From the IMG/VR virus record IMGVR_UViG_3300044825_002216: a stretch of 64,000 bases of DNA. One strand, given 5' to 3'. Each line of letters opens with the position of its first letter. Within the stretch, counting starts at the first letter, position 1. The translations under genes and the position numbers were made by a program. Below the pieces are notes generated by a model that had not been told where the DNA came from, did not search any database, and saw nothing but the letters and a program-made list of their open reading frames with translations. The DNA is from an uncultured virus (IMG/VR IMGVR_UViG_3300044825_002216) (lineage: Duplodnaviria; Heunggongvirae; Uroviricota; Caudoviricetes). Shown in pieces: positions 47,684-57,124 of this stretch.

Positions 47684-48619
47684 TCAGCGAATCTGCCGAC
47701 GACTCCCCAAAGAAAGTTCCCAGCCAGGAATCCCCCAACCAGGGCGCCAGGGCGTCAGAACAGCGCGATCGTGGGGACGATTCGGGGGGTGCGGCCACGT
47801 CTTACCGTGGAGTTTTGCCGGGATTCGATCGTCTGCGGGCATGACGAACATCCGATCTGGAAGCGCAACCTGCCCGTGTAGGACGAACGAGTCTGTCGCC
47901 ACCCGATCGTCGTACGGGCGCCCGGTGGAATCGTCGATGAGCTCGGTCCAGCGCTTCCGAATATCGGGCAACTGCCTCGCGACTTCGCGGATCGTGTCGT
48001 CCTGAGCCCCGTTGTAGGCAGCCGCCGCGTGTGTTTCGGCGGCCATGCGAATCTGCCAGCGGACAGATCGCACCGCGACCTCTACTTCGTGGACAGTGAG
48101 TTCGACCGAGTACCCGCCAGCCCGCGCGTCGTTCAGTGCCGTCTGCACAGCGGCCTGCACATTGGGGGACCACCCAGCGCCGAAGTCCTGCCGAGCGATC
48201 TGAGACATGAGTTCGGTGCGGCGAGCACGACGATCTCGGGTGCTGATCCCAGCGTTGAGCGCTTCGGGAATCTCACCATCCATCGACTTGAACATGCGGG
48301 CCATGCGGAGCTCCGCGTCTGCGATGGCCTCCCGTACGACAGCCCCCATCTCGTCCGCGATCACACCCGCAGCCTGCTGAATCCGGTTCGTTACCGTGAG
48401 CAGCAGCCCGCCCTGAGTCTGCGCGGTGAGGTTGCGCACCCCTCGGCGACGCATCCGAGCTCCGAAACGGTGGATGTCGTCGGACACGTCCGCAACAACG
48501 CGGTCGGACACGTCCGCGGCACGCCCGTCGATCGTGCGGTCCACGTCTGCGTGGAACTCACGGAGCTGCTCGCTGGGTGTTTTCTTACGCCGGGGCATGG
48601 TTCGCCTTTGCCTGCGCAC
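47684..48619 (-). CDS. minor head protein (MuF/gp7-like)
   Basis: AETHAAAAYN, KRW...DDRVATDSFVLHGQ, HPPNRPHDRAVL. Confidence 0.85.
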   Translation of the reverse strand: MRRQRRTMPRRKKTPSEQLREFHADVDRTIDGRAADVSDRVVADVSDDIHRFGARMRRRGVRNLTAQTQGGLLLTVTNRIQQAAGVIADEMGAVVREAIADAELRMARMFKSMDGEIPEALNAGISTRDRRARRTELMSQIARQDFGAGWSPNVQAAVQTALNDARAGGYSVELTVHEVEVAVRSVRWQIRMAAETHAAAAYNGAQDDTIREVARQLPDIRKRWTELIDDSTGRPYDDRVATDSFVLHGQVALPDRMFVMPADDRIPAKLHGKTWPHPPNRPHDRAVLTPWRPGWGIPGWELSLGSRRQIR

Positions 48620-48827
48620 GACGCAGCAGCCAAACGCGCAGACCGAACAGGCTTACGACGAAGCGCCACGCAAGGAAGCGCATCAGTCGCATGCCGTTCG
48701 CCCACCCCAGCGCGTACCCGACGAACTTGTCGTCCTGCTCGACGATCAGCTCGTACGAGTCTCCCGACTCGATCACTACGAAGCGCAGATTCTCCGGCTC
48801 GCGGAGAGCAACGTGCGGACTGCCCAT
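48585..48827 (-). CDS. hypothetical protein
   Basis: AAGGAG SD; fills the gap in the operon. Confidence 0.5.
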   Translation of the reverse strand: MGSPHVALREPENLRFVVIESGDSYELIVEQDDKFVGYALGWANGMRLMRFLAWRFVVSLFGLRVWLLRRAQAKANHAPA

Positions 48828-48830
48828 TCC

Positions 48831-49445
48831 CTACTCCTTGTGTGCGAGGCACACGTCCCACTTGTACGCGAGCGATGGGAAGGGCGGTGGCCCCAGATAC
48901 TCAAGGAACCGATCCGTACCCTCGTACGTGAAGGCGATGTTGTAGCTGCGCCTGCGTATCTGAGGATTGACCGTCGCACCAAAGAGGTCGCGCAGCCGCT
49001 CCACTAGTCGCAAAACCTGCTGGGGGGCGAAGCCTTCTGTACAGAGCATCGCAAACCGGCGCTTACGGTTCGACGCCTTCATGGTGCCGTCACCCAAGTA
49101 CCAATGAAGCAGCGACACACGGTCAAGACGCACGTCGTTGGGGCATACCTTGCGCCGTTGCGGGTACCAACGGTGCGCCTGCTCAGAGAAGGTCGGGTGC
49201 GCTTGCGCCTGTAGCCACCAGATTTCGCTTTCCCTTCCGCTTTTGCAGACGTGGGTGCGATCATGGCGGGTAGACGCGCGCAAGCCCATCGCGGCCATCT
49301 GGTCCCGCAAATCAACAAGCCAGTCGAGCGAGACACTCGACTGGCGGTAGTAGGAGTTACAGGCCCGACGAGGCCCATCTATGGGTGGGAGCCAAAGGCT
49401 CCCGTCCCCAAGGAGCAGGCCGTCAAGAAGGCTGAGGTTCATCAC
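48831..49445 (-). CDS. LAGLIDADG homing endonuclease (double motif)
   Basis: LDGLLLGDGSL and LLHWYLGDG motifs; CTEGF; P..SLAYK C-terminus. Confidence 0.9.
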   Translation of the reverse strand: MMNLSLLDGLLLGDGSLWLPPIDGPRRACNSYYRQSSVSLDWLVDLRDQMAAMGLRASTRHDRTHVCKSGRESEIWWLQAQAHPTFSEQAHRWYPQRRKVCPNDVRLDRVSLLHWYLGDGTMKASNRKRRFAMLCTEGFAPQQVLRLVERLRDLFGATVNPQIRRRSYNIAFTYEGTDRFLEYLGPPPFPSLAYKWDVCLAHKE

Positions 49446-49885
49446 AATCGGAGGATACGCCGTCTCACTCGCGCAGCAACCTCCGGCGTGTTGCCGTCGC
49501 CGGAATCCTCGACTGCCTTCGCTACCTCTCGGTCTTCGTCGTGGATGCAGTCATGGCAGCGGGCACACAGGGTCACGATGTTGTTGGGCGTGTTGCTCTT
49601 TCCCTTGCGAAGGAGCCACCGTGAGATGGGCGCATCCAATCCTGCTTTGTGATGGACGAGCAGATCAGTCTGCCCGCCGCATTTCTTACACTTCCACTCG
49701 TCTCGACGGAACACGCCGAGAACCAACGTGGACGGCAAACCACCCTTGCCGCCCGAGTGGAGCGAAGCTCCGCGCTGGTGAGCCTCTTTACGGATCACCC
49801 GCAGCGCAGCGTTCTCTTCGGAAGTGGACTTCCGACGAGTCTCGATGCGCTGCGGGCGCGTAGCGTTCGCGAGTGCGCTGCCCAC
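49442..49885 (-). CDS. HNH endonuclease (possible packaging-associated)
   Basis: VFRRDEWKCKKCG..LLVHH...NNIVTLCARCHDCIH. Confidence 0.88.
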   Translation of the reverse strand: MGSALANATRPQRIETRRKSTSEENAALRVIRKEAHQRGASLHSGGKGGLPSTLVLGVFRRDEWKCKKCGGQTDLLVHHKAGLDAPISRWLLRKGKSNTPNNIVTLCARCHDCIHDEDREVAKAVEDSGDGNTPEVAARVRRRILRL

Positions 49886-49888
49886 CGA

Positions 49889-50278
49889 TCACCCGAACTT
49901 GCCGTCAGCGCGGCGGTGCTGCTTGCCGCGAAGACCGCCGCCACCGCCGCCGCCCTTCTTGGACTTGCTGCTGCCCGTCAGAGTACCGAGCACCTTTCCG
50001 GCTACAGACTTGTGCCCGAAGGTGCCGCCGATGCTCTTGTGAGCGCTCTTGTCCGCAGCCTTCACTGCCTTGTCAGCCAAGCGGGTTACGGTGTTGAGCC
50101 CGCCCATGTGCAGCAGGTCCGGCTTCTTCTTCCCGAAGCCGAGAGCTTTGGCACCCGCCACTCCAGCGCGGGCTCCGTGACGGAGCGCGACGGCCAGCGG
50201 GTTAGCGTGAACGGCCGTGCGCGCAGCGTTACCTGCGAACCCCTTACCGAGGTAGTTCTTGTAGCGTGTGCTCGCCAT
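49889..50278 (-). CDS. small highly basic protein
   Basis: K/G/A-rich; ends KQHRRADGKFG; GAGG SD. Confidence 0.7.
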   Translation of the reverse strand: MASTRYKNYLGKGFAGNAARTAVHANPLAVALRHGARAGVAGAKALGFGKKKPDLLHMGGLNTVTRLADKAVKAADKSAHKSIGGTFGHKSVAGKVLGTLTGSSKSKKGGGGGGGLRGKQHRRADGKFG

Positions 50279-50287
50279 CGTGTTGCC

Positions 50288-50722
50288 TCACCCAAACTGT
50301 CCGTTGGACTTTCGGTGCTGGCGACCACCGCCGTGCCCCGTCGTCTCTTTCTTCTTCACACTGGCTGACACACGGTACGTGTTCGTGTGCTTCGTGGGGC
50401 TCCATCCTTTAGAGATGTTGAGCCCGAAGTGCTCTCCCGCCTGCGATCCGATCCCGATGCCGGTGCGCGCAGCCAGGATCGTCGCAGCCTTACCCTTCGC
50501 GGTGGACAGGTACTCGTGGCGCGACTGGTGATACGCCGCCGCGATGTGGTCGCCACGCTGACGGGCATGCCGCGCCATCTCTGCGTGCTCTTTCGCGGCG
50601 CTGCGCAACCGCGCGACATCGACGCCCGCCGTGATGAGCGACGCGGGCGAGTGCGACTTGAGCGGGTTGAAGTAGGTGGTGCGGTAGTGGAAGTTGGCCA
50701 CGGGTGCCTCCAGCGTGACCAT
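50288..50722 (-). CDS. small basic His-rich protein
   Basis: Ends RQHRKSNGQFG; ATG 50722. Confidence 0.65.
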   Translation of the reverse strand: MVTLEAPVANFHYRTTYFNPLKSHSPASLITAGVDVARLRSAAKEHAEMARHARQRGDHIAAAYHQSRHEYLSTAKGKAATILAARTGIGIGSQAGEHFGLNISKGWSPTKHTNTYRVSASVKKKETTGHGGGRQHRKSNGQFG

Positions 50723-50729
50723 ACCACGC

Positions 50730-52259
50730 TCACCTGAGAAGCTGGGCGCCGCGAGCCCCTGCGCGGAGCGACTTGAACACCCCCAGCACGCCACCGTGAG
50801 CGATGTAGTGCTTGTGCCCGTTCGTTCCGTAGTAGAAAACGCCGCCTTTCTTCCCCTTGTGTAGGACGTACGGCATCTTCTCCGCGTCCTTCACGTCGTC
50901 AGGGTGCGTAGGCTGCTGGCCGCGGATACCCAAGATAGCCGATCCACCAATGCCGCCCCGCGCTTGGTAGGTCTTGCCCTTGTACCCCTTGTCGGAGCCA
51001 AAGAGCTTCTGCATCAGACTGCGACGCTGCCAAGGCAGCAGCGGCTTGTCGATGCCGTGCTTCTCCTTGAAGCCCGCAAGAGCGTTGGTAAACGCCTTCA
51101 CCGCACGGTCCTTCGCGGCACGCACTGCCCGTGCGGGGGCGCCGAGCTTGTACCCGATCGAAGACTTGAGGCGCTTGTCGCGCGCTTCGGCCACGTCCTT
51201 GATCGTCTGCCGCGCGGCCTTGCCCTTCTGTACGTTCGCGTTGACCTTCTCGCGCGACACCTTCACAGCGGCAGCCGCCTTCACCATCTCGGCGCGCGCG
51301 AGTGCCTTCTCCGCAGGGGTCTCCGCGTTCTTGTAGACGAGGCGGGCGGCAGCCAGCGTTGCACGCTTCTGCTTGAGGTCTTTGCGGAGCGCACCCGCGT
51401 GCTTGCGGGCCTCGGCCAAGTCCTCTTTCGCCTTCGCTTCGGCCTGATCCTCCTCGTGCTGCCGCCGACGATCGGCCGACACACGCATCATCAGGCGGTT
51501 CCACGCCCGCTTGCGGGCCGCAGCGATTCGACCGGAGAACGAGGCTTCGTACTCAGCCTTCTTGCGCTTCTTCTCGTCCTCCTCGATCTGCTTCTCGATC
51601 TTCTTCTCGTCCTCCTCGATCTGCTTCTCGATCTTCTTCAAGTCCATCGTGATGCGGCGCTGGGTCTGCGCCCACATCTGCTGGCCTCGAACGATCGAGT
51701 GGCCGGTGCTCATGTGAATCTTGCGGCGGGCCGCATACGCGGCGCGTTGTTCGCGCAGCTTCTTCCACCGGGCCTCTCGCGCAACCCGAGCAGCAACCCG
51801 CTCGATGCGGGCCTCTTTGCGCTCGACGCGCTCTTTGAGACGCCGGTTCCAGGTGACCTCCGCGTGCTCGTTGTGCCCCTCGTCCGCAGCCTTCCGCAGC
51901 GCATCACGATCCGCGCGCTCGGCCTCGGACATGAACCCGCCCGCACCCGCGTGCTGCTCCATGGCGTTGATGCGCTTCTCTAGCTCGGCGGTACCCAAGC
52001 CTTCCTTGCGCATGTTCGCCAGGTCGATCTTGGCCCGCTTGAGCAACCGCGCGCGTTCGATCTCGATGCGGCTCTTGATTTCGCCTGCCGCCTTCGCCTG
52101 CCTGCGGAGCCTGCGCGCCTGCGCCGCCTGCCGCCGTGCAACGTCTTCGAGAGAACGGGCCATTGCCTCGTCACCACGAGCGCGCGCAAGCGCCGCCTGC
52201 CCTCGAAGACGGCGTGCCTCAGAGCCCAGGCGGCCTGCGCGCTCACTCGCGGTTGCCAT
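50730..52259 (-). CDS. large basic coiled-coil protein
   Basis: 509 aa R/K/A-rich; KGKKGGVFYYGTNGHKHYI near the C-terminus. Confidence 0.75.
   Translation of the reverse strand: MATASERAGRLGSEARRLRGQAALARARGDEAMARSLEDVARRQAAQARRLRRQAKAAGEIKSRIEIERARLLKRAKIDLANMRKEGLGTAELEKRINAMEQHAGAGGFMSEAERADRDALRKAADEGHNEHAEVTWNRRLKERVERKEARIERVAARVAREARWKKLREQRAAYAARRKIHMSTGHSIVRGQQMWAQTQRRITMDLKKIEKQIEEDEKKIEKQIEEDEKKRKKAEYEASFSGRIAAARKRAWNRLMMRVSADRRRQHEEDQAEAKAKEDLAEARKHAGALRKDLKQKRATLAAARLVYKNAETPAEKALARAEMVKAAAAVKVSREKVNANVQKGKAARQTIKDVAEARDKRLKSSIGYKLGAPARAVRAAKDRAVKAFTNALAGFKEKHGIDKPLLPWQRRSLMQKLFGSDKGYKGKTYQARGGIGGSAILGIRGQQPTHPDDVKDAEKMPYVLHKGKKGGVFYYGTNGHKHYIAHGGVLGVFKSLRAGARGAQLLR
51567..51639. 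repeat. 33-bp in-frame tandem duplication
   Basis: TTCTTCTCGTCCTCCTCGATCTGCTTCTCGATC x2, encoding IEKQIEEDEKK x2. Confidence 0.95.
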
Positions 52260-52262
52260 CGA

Positions 52263-52661
52263 CTACGTGGGCAGGTTGGTGCCGCCGCCGACCATGATCG
52301 GGCCACCCGTCGGGGCGCGCATGATGTTCACCACCGCCCACGAAGGCGCCTTGGCTGCCATGCGCTCCGCGGCGGGGGTACATTCACGGCAGACATCCTG
52401 CGTGCTGACCCTGATGTGCTTACCGTGCTTCAAGAACACCACCATCGCCGCGATCCGCGCGGGGTCCAAGGCTTCCATCAACGCGAAGTCAGGGTCTCGG
52501 CGCTTGATCTCGTCGTACGGGATCATGCAGACGAACCGCGTTGAGGGGCGCCGCGTGCGGCACATGCAGCACCGCTCGTTCGGCCCGAAGGCGTACTTCT
52601 CGTGAAACTCCTGCGGAGACAGGTTGCCGTTGTCGAACCGCTTGCGGTGCTGGACGCTCAT
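52263..52661 (-). CDS. zinc-finger-like hypothetical protein
   Basis: CCMC...CREC; GAGGAG SD before ATG 52661. Confidence 0.7.
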   Translation of the reverse strand: MSVQHRKRFDNGNLSPQEFHEKYAFGPNERCCMCRTRRPSTRFVCMIPYDEIKRRDPDFALMEALDPARIAAMVVFLKHGKHIRVSTQDVCRECTPAAERMAAKAPSWAVVNIMRAPTGGPIMVGGGTNLPT

Positions 52662-52666
52662 TCGGA

Positions 52667-53122
52667 CTACTCCTCGCTTCGTCGAGATCGGAAGCCGTAC
52701 AGGGATGCGAGCTTCAACCAACCGTCCGTCGGGCGGTACCCGAAGACGCGGCGGTCGATGAACAAGTCCACCACGGGCTTGCCCTGCTCGCCATCGTCGA
52801 CAGCGTGGAAGACCCCCCGCAAGTGGTCCTGGCAGAACACCCGCATCTGCTCGTACCTAGCCTGGTAGATCGGCTGCTCGTGGCGCCAGACCACCGGGTC
52901 CACACGCCGGACACCTGACAACACGAGCGGATCGAGCGTGGGGTCTTCACGCAGGGAGCGGTTCGCACGCTCCGAGTGCAGAAGCAGGATGTGCCCCGCG
53001 CGACGGAGAGAGTTCAGCGCCGCCTTCGCACCCGGCATGAACACGAGCGGCGTGACTACATCGTCGAAGTCGTGATCGTCCTCGCGAACAACCACTCCGT
53101 CGAACCCCATCGCGATAAACAC
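52667..53122 (-). CDS. HAD-superfamily-like protein with degenerate active site
   Basis: IAMGFDGVV, PGAKAALNSL, KPVVDLFIDRR. Confidence 0.7.
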   Translation of the reverse strand: MFIAMGFDGVVVREDDHDFDDVVTPLVFMPGAKAALNSLRRAGHILLLHSERANRSLREDPTLDPLVLSGVRRVDPVVWRHEQPIYQARYEQMRVFCQDHLRGVFHAVDDGEQGKPVVDLFIDRRVFGYRPTDGWLKLASLYGFRSRRSEE

Positions 53123-53403
53123 TACCCGCCCTCGTCTGGCTCGATGGGCATGGGAGGGACGTTGAGCATGATGGACTTGGCCATCTCCAGCATCCCGATC
53201 GCCGTGACCATCCTCGTGCCCTGCGAAGAGTCGATGCGGATTACGCCGTCGTCGCTGCGCGAGACCAGCACGTAGTCACGCACCACATCTGCCTCCGCAG
53301 ACACGAGCGCCGCCGCGAGACGGCGGTTGTTCGCGCGGGTCAGGAGCTCGTATCGGTGGTCTCGCGTCACCAGAGAGATCACGGGAGCTACTTCGTCGCC
53401 CAT
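53122..53403 (-). CDS. hypothetical protein
   Basis: 93 aa; AIGMLEMAK motif; coupled in the operon. Confidence 0.7.
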   Translation of the reverse strand: MGDEVAPVISLVTRDHRYELLTRANNRRLAAALVSAEADVVRDYVLVSRSDDGVIRIDSSQGTRMVTAIGMLEMAKSIMLNVPPMPIEPDEGG

Positions 53404-53404
53404 C

Positions 53405-53806
53405 TCAGCCTCGCTTGGGCCTCGCGGCCAGCCGCCGAACCTTGTCTTCGAGCAGGTACTTGGGGTCGCGCACGCGGTACCGCTTGGTAGGCGACCCGCG
53501 TTCCATCGCAGCAGCGATCCGACCGTGCGTCACCCAGGCCGTGACCTGGGCGAAGCTCGCGGAGTACCACCGCATCAGGGTATCGGCTGTGACCCACTCC
53601 TTCGGGTCCAGCCGATCCTTCATCTCGTACGCGATTCCACTGCGGGGGTCCACGTAGATCGAGGCTCGCCGGTCGATCTCAGCCTGCTCCTCGGGCGTTG
53701 GAACCCTCGGATTGATGGCCTGCGCGTACATGGACCGCGGGCGCAACGAGAAGGTCGGCGACGCCGCGACGACCTGACCGTTGGCTCCGATGATTCGAGC
53801 ACTCAT
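53405..53806 (-). CDS. hypothetical protein (possible C-terminal HTH)
   Basis: ATGA overlap with the portal gene. Confidence 0.7.
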   Translation of the reverse strand: MSARIIGANGQVVAASPTFSLRPRSMYAQAINPRVPTPEEQAEIDRRASIYVDPRSGIAYEMKDRLDPKEWVTADTLMRWYSASFAQVTAWVTHGRIAAAMERGSPTKRYRVRDPKYLLEDKVRRLAARPKRG

Positions 53807-55581
53807 GCGGGCTCCTCTTCGAGTGCGTCTTCGTCAATGCGATCCTCGGGCTGCTCCTCTGCCTCAGCGGCGCCCAGATCGTCATCTTCGAGCTCCTCGC
53901 CACCCGGTTCGGCACCCGCGGACTTGGCCTCCATCTCCGCGTTCATCGCCATCTGCTCACGGGCCATGTCCTGCATCGCCTTCATGTCCTCGTCAGCCTT
54001 CTGCTTGATCTTGTGCAGAGTCGCGGACACGTCGTCGATCCCGAAGTAGGCAGCCACGAACTGCGTGGCGGTGGCCTCATCCACGAGCGTGCCTTCCTTC
54101 GCGGCACGCGCGGAGTTCACGGCCTTCTCCACGTCGGCGAGAGTGGGCTGGAAGTAGGGCCCCCACTGGAGGGTGAGGTACTCGCTCTGCCCCAGCTTGC
54201 GCGGCTCGAAGGTCACGTCCCCCGTCTTCGGGTCCGTCTTGGACCGCGGCGGCAGGTTCACGGTGCTCGAAACGATCTGACCTGTCTGCTTGTCGACGCG
54301 CGGAGTGGCCATCGCTCGGCAGACCTTGAGCGCGATGCGAAGCAGGCGCTTCACACCACGTTCGCCATACTGCTCGCGCAGTACGTCGGCCTTCTCCAGC
54401 ATCGCGGAGTAGTCGCGGTCGATCTCGGTGGCCGTCTTCACGACAGAGCTCGACTGATCGAGCACGACGCGGGCGGCACGGCAGATTTTCTTCTCCAAGT
54501 CTTCGGCCATGTCGCGCGCAGCGCGAGGCCCAGCGCCCTGAATCTCCAGGTAGGTTGCGCTGCCGCCCTTCTCCAGCTTGATGCCGTTGCCCGTGCCCTT
54601 CTGCACGTCGGACAAGTCGTTGTCGGAGGTGACGACGAGGGTGGGATCGCAGTTTGCGAGGATGCCCCGGTTCGCCTGCGCGATGAGCGCGTCCATCGCT
54701 TCAACCATCTGGTAGCAGCCGTGAACGTCGGTGTCGCCATCGAGGTCATCCTGCACCTCTTGGTTCTGAATCCACACGGCGGGGCAGAGCCCCAAGTTGT
54801 GATGAGCCTGGTAGTGCGGGATGTTCTCCCACGCGGGCTCGCGATCACCGACCGGCACTCGGTCCCACTGCAAGTCCGAGTTCGTGTCGATGACCCGACG
54901 GAAGTAGAACCACCGCTCTTCGAGGTAGGTCTGCTTGGACTTCTTGTCGTAGACCTCCACGAAGTCGGGGAAGACGTACCTGATCTCCAGCTCGCGCAGC
55001 GTGCCCTCGGTGCGCGAGAGGAACTTCGGGTAGCACCAGCGGGGATCGAACACCTCGAACACGGGGGTGCCGTCACTCAGCTTGAAGCTGATGGCCGTCG
55101 AGCCCATCGCACCGCCGTAGTTGCGGGCGGTGACCATCTTGCTCCACAGGCGGCCCTCCTCCGCGAGCGCGTTGAGGTAGTCCTCCGTGTCCGGGTCGCC
55201 TGGGACGCGCACGATCGGGTGGCGACGCTGGCTAAACAGGAGGCCCGTGAAGCGCTCCACGATCGAACGGACGATGTGGTAGGGCGCGGACGGGCGGCGC
55301 TGACGGAGTTCGATGATTGCGGGCCCCGTCTGGCCGCTCACATCGACGAAGCCCGGCGGGATGCCGACGGGAGGAGCGATGGTGACGCCCATCTCCATCG
55401 CGGAGGCGTGGCTGCCGTCCCACTCGAACTGCCGCTTCTCGTACTGCTGCCCGCGGAAGAACGCCCACTGTGCCGTCAGCACCTTCTGGCGCTGCGTCTG
55501 GAACATGGGGCCACCCGCGGCCATCTCTTGCGTGAGTGCGGACGCCAGGGCGCCGCCGGTTCCGGTGTTCGGGAAGGGCAT
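53803..55581 (-). CDS. portal protein (SPP1 gp6-like)
   Basis: IVRSIVERFTGLLF, HNLGLCPAVWIQN, acidic tail; follows TerL. Confidence 0.9.
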   Translation of the reverse strand: MPFPNTGTGGALASALTQEMAAGGPMFQTQRQKVLTAQWAFFRGQQYEKRQFEWDGSHASAMEMGVTIAPPVGIPPGFVDVSGQTGPAIIELRQRRPSAPYHIVRSIVERFTGLLFSQRRHPIVRVPGDPDTEDYLNALAEEGRLWSKMVTARNYGGAMGSTAISFKLSDGTPVFEVFDPRWCYPKFLSRTEGTLRELEIRYVFPDFVEVYDKKSKQTYLEERWFYFRRVIDTNSDLQWDRVPVGDREPAWENIPHYQAHHNLGLCPAVWIQNQEVQDDLDGDTDVHGCYQMVEAMDALIAQANRGILANCDPTLVVTSDNDLSDVQKGTGNGIKLEKGGSATYLEIQGAGPRAARDMAEDLEKKICRAARVVLDQSSSVVKTATEIDRDYSAMLEKADVLREQYGERGVKRLLRIALKVCRAMATPRVDKQTGQIVSSTVNLPPRSKTDPKTGDVTFEPRKLGQSEYLTLQWGPYFQPTLADVEKAVNSARAAKEGTLVDEATATQFVAAYFGIDDVSATLHKIKQKADEDMKAMQDMAREQMAMNAEMEAKSAGAEPGGEELEDDDLGAAEAEEQPEDRIDEDALEEEPA

Positions 55582-55595
55582 GGTGGGAGTCTACG

Positions 55596-57104
55596 CTAGC
55601 GCCGGAGCAAGTCTGCTTGGAAGACCTGGGCCTTCTTCTTGGTCTCGCCGATGCCCTCGCGTGCAGCCTCACGAGCGAGCCAGCAGGCCATGAGGAAGTC
55701 GGAGGTGTGCTTCGAGGAGCTGTAGTTCAGCATCCCTTCGATCCACGCCGCCACGCCGTCGGTGTACGGCTTGCCGTTCCACGAGGGGATGATCCACTTG
55801 CCGGACTCCATCTCGACGGCGATGGACTCGACGCCGAAGGTGGGATCGTGCTTGTTGCGGCCCGTGGTGAAGGTGCGAACGGGGACAGCGGTGTTCGCGC
55901 GGGTGAAGTCCACGACGAACTGCTGCGCCGCGTTGTTCTCGACCATCACGATGCTGTTGAACCGGCGGTGCATGAGGACGATCTGCTGGACGATCTCGGG
56001 TCCGGTCCAGTTACCCGACTCGACGGCCAGCACTTCGCGGTCTCCGTTGGGTGCGACGCAGATGGTGAACAGCACCGTCAGGTCGGACTTCTTGCCGCCG
56101 GTCCCGAGGTCGACTCCGGTGAAGGTTGCGTAGCCGCTGGGCAGATGAGTGAGGTGTGCGGGCATCGAGCGGCCTGCTCCGCGATCGAGGGCCTTGTCGA
56201 TCCACTCTTTGCGGAAGCGGGAGTCTGCGTCGGAGCGGGCGACGCAGAGGAGCTGGCGGTTGTATTCCAGTACGCCGAGGGAGTCCCTGGCGCGCTGGAC
56301 ACGTTCGAGGGGCCAGCGCTCGGGCCAAGAGAGGCGGCCGAGGTGGTCGATGACGGGGATGCGGACGTGGTACCAGCCAGGGAGCTGGGCCAGTCGGTGC
56401 ATGATGTCGTCGGGGTTCCAGGCGGTGCCGATCGCGAGGATTCGACCGGACTGCGAAATACGCCCGCCGAGCGTCGCGAAGTACCAATTCATCAGGTCGT
56501 CGCGAGCGTGGGGCGTGAGGGTGTTTTCGTAGTCGAGAACGTCGTCGAGCAGCACGTCGTCGAGACGTGCGCCGAGGATGTTGCCGTGGACGCCGACAGC
56601 CTGGACTGAGTAGTCCTTCGCGGGGGTGGTACGGCGCACGGTGATGGCCGTGTCGGTCCACTTGTCGCCGGGAACCAAGTCGGGGAAGACCTCGTGCAGG
56701 GCTTCGGAGTTCTCGATGTAGTTCTTGATCGCCTTGACCACCTTGGTCGCTTGGCCTGCGGTGTTGGAGGCGATGGCGCACCGCAGGTTCGGGTTGCGTC
56801 CGAGCTTCCAGAGGGTCCGCATGACGGCGAGGGAGGTGGACTTGGAGCTTTCGATGTGGCTCCAGATCACCAGGCGGTCGTGCTGTCCTGCGAGCTTCTG
56901 GAAGCTGCGCTGGATGCGGGACTGCATCACGGGGGCGCCGGTCTCTTCGTCACGGCCGACGAACTCGCAGAAGGCGTTGGGGTCACGTCGGGCGAGTTCG
57001 ACGGAGAGCTGCTGGCTGCGTGCGAGCAGGTCTTCGGCCCCGGCGCGGTCTTGCATGATCCACGAGAGGGTCTTGTCTCGGTCGAGATTCGAGGGATGCT
57101 CCAT
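55596..57104 (-). CDS. terminase large subunit
   Basis: Walker A-like IESSKST, GARLDDVLLDD Walker B, IGTAWNPDD motif C, GVDLG and HTSDFLMA nuclease motifs. Confidence 0.92.
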   Translation of the reverse strand: MEHPSNLDRDKTLSWIMQDRAGAEDLLARSQQLSVELARRDPNAFCEFVGRDEETGAPVMQSRIQRSFQKLAGQHDRLVIWSHIESSKSTSLAVMRTLWKLGRNPNLRCAIASNTAGQATKVVKAIKNYIENSEALHEVFPDLVPGDKWTDTAITVRRTTPAKDYSVQAVGVHGNILGARLDDVLLDDVLDYENTLTPHARDDLMNWYFATLGGRISQSGRILAIGTAWNPDDIMHRLAQLPGWYHVRIPVIDHLGRLSWPERWPLERVQRARDSLGVLEYNRQLLCVARSDADSRFRKEWIDKALDRGAGRSMPAHLTHLPSGYATFTGVDLGTGGKKSDLTVLFTICVAPNGDREVLAVESGNWTGPEIVQQIVLMHRRFNSIVMVENNAAQQFVVDFTRANTAVPVRTFTTGRNKHDPTFGVESIAVEMESGKWIIPSWNGKPYTDGVAAWIEGMLNYSSSKHTSDFLMACWLAREAAREGIGETKKKAQVFQADLLRR

Positions 57105-57124
57105 GCGAGGAGATTCCCACAGCG

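Noticed and set aside
48831..49445. Intein or intron-encoded LAGLIDADG
   Set aside because: It has its own start and stop, no Cys...His-Asn intein ends, and the neighbours are not split
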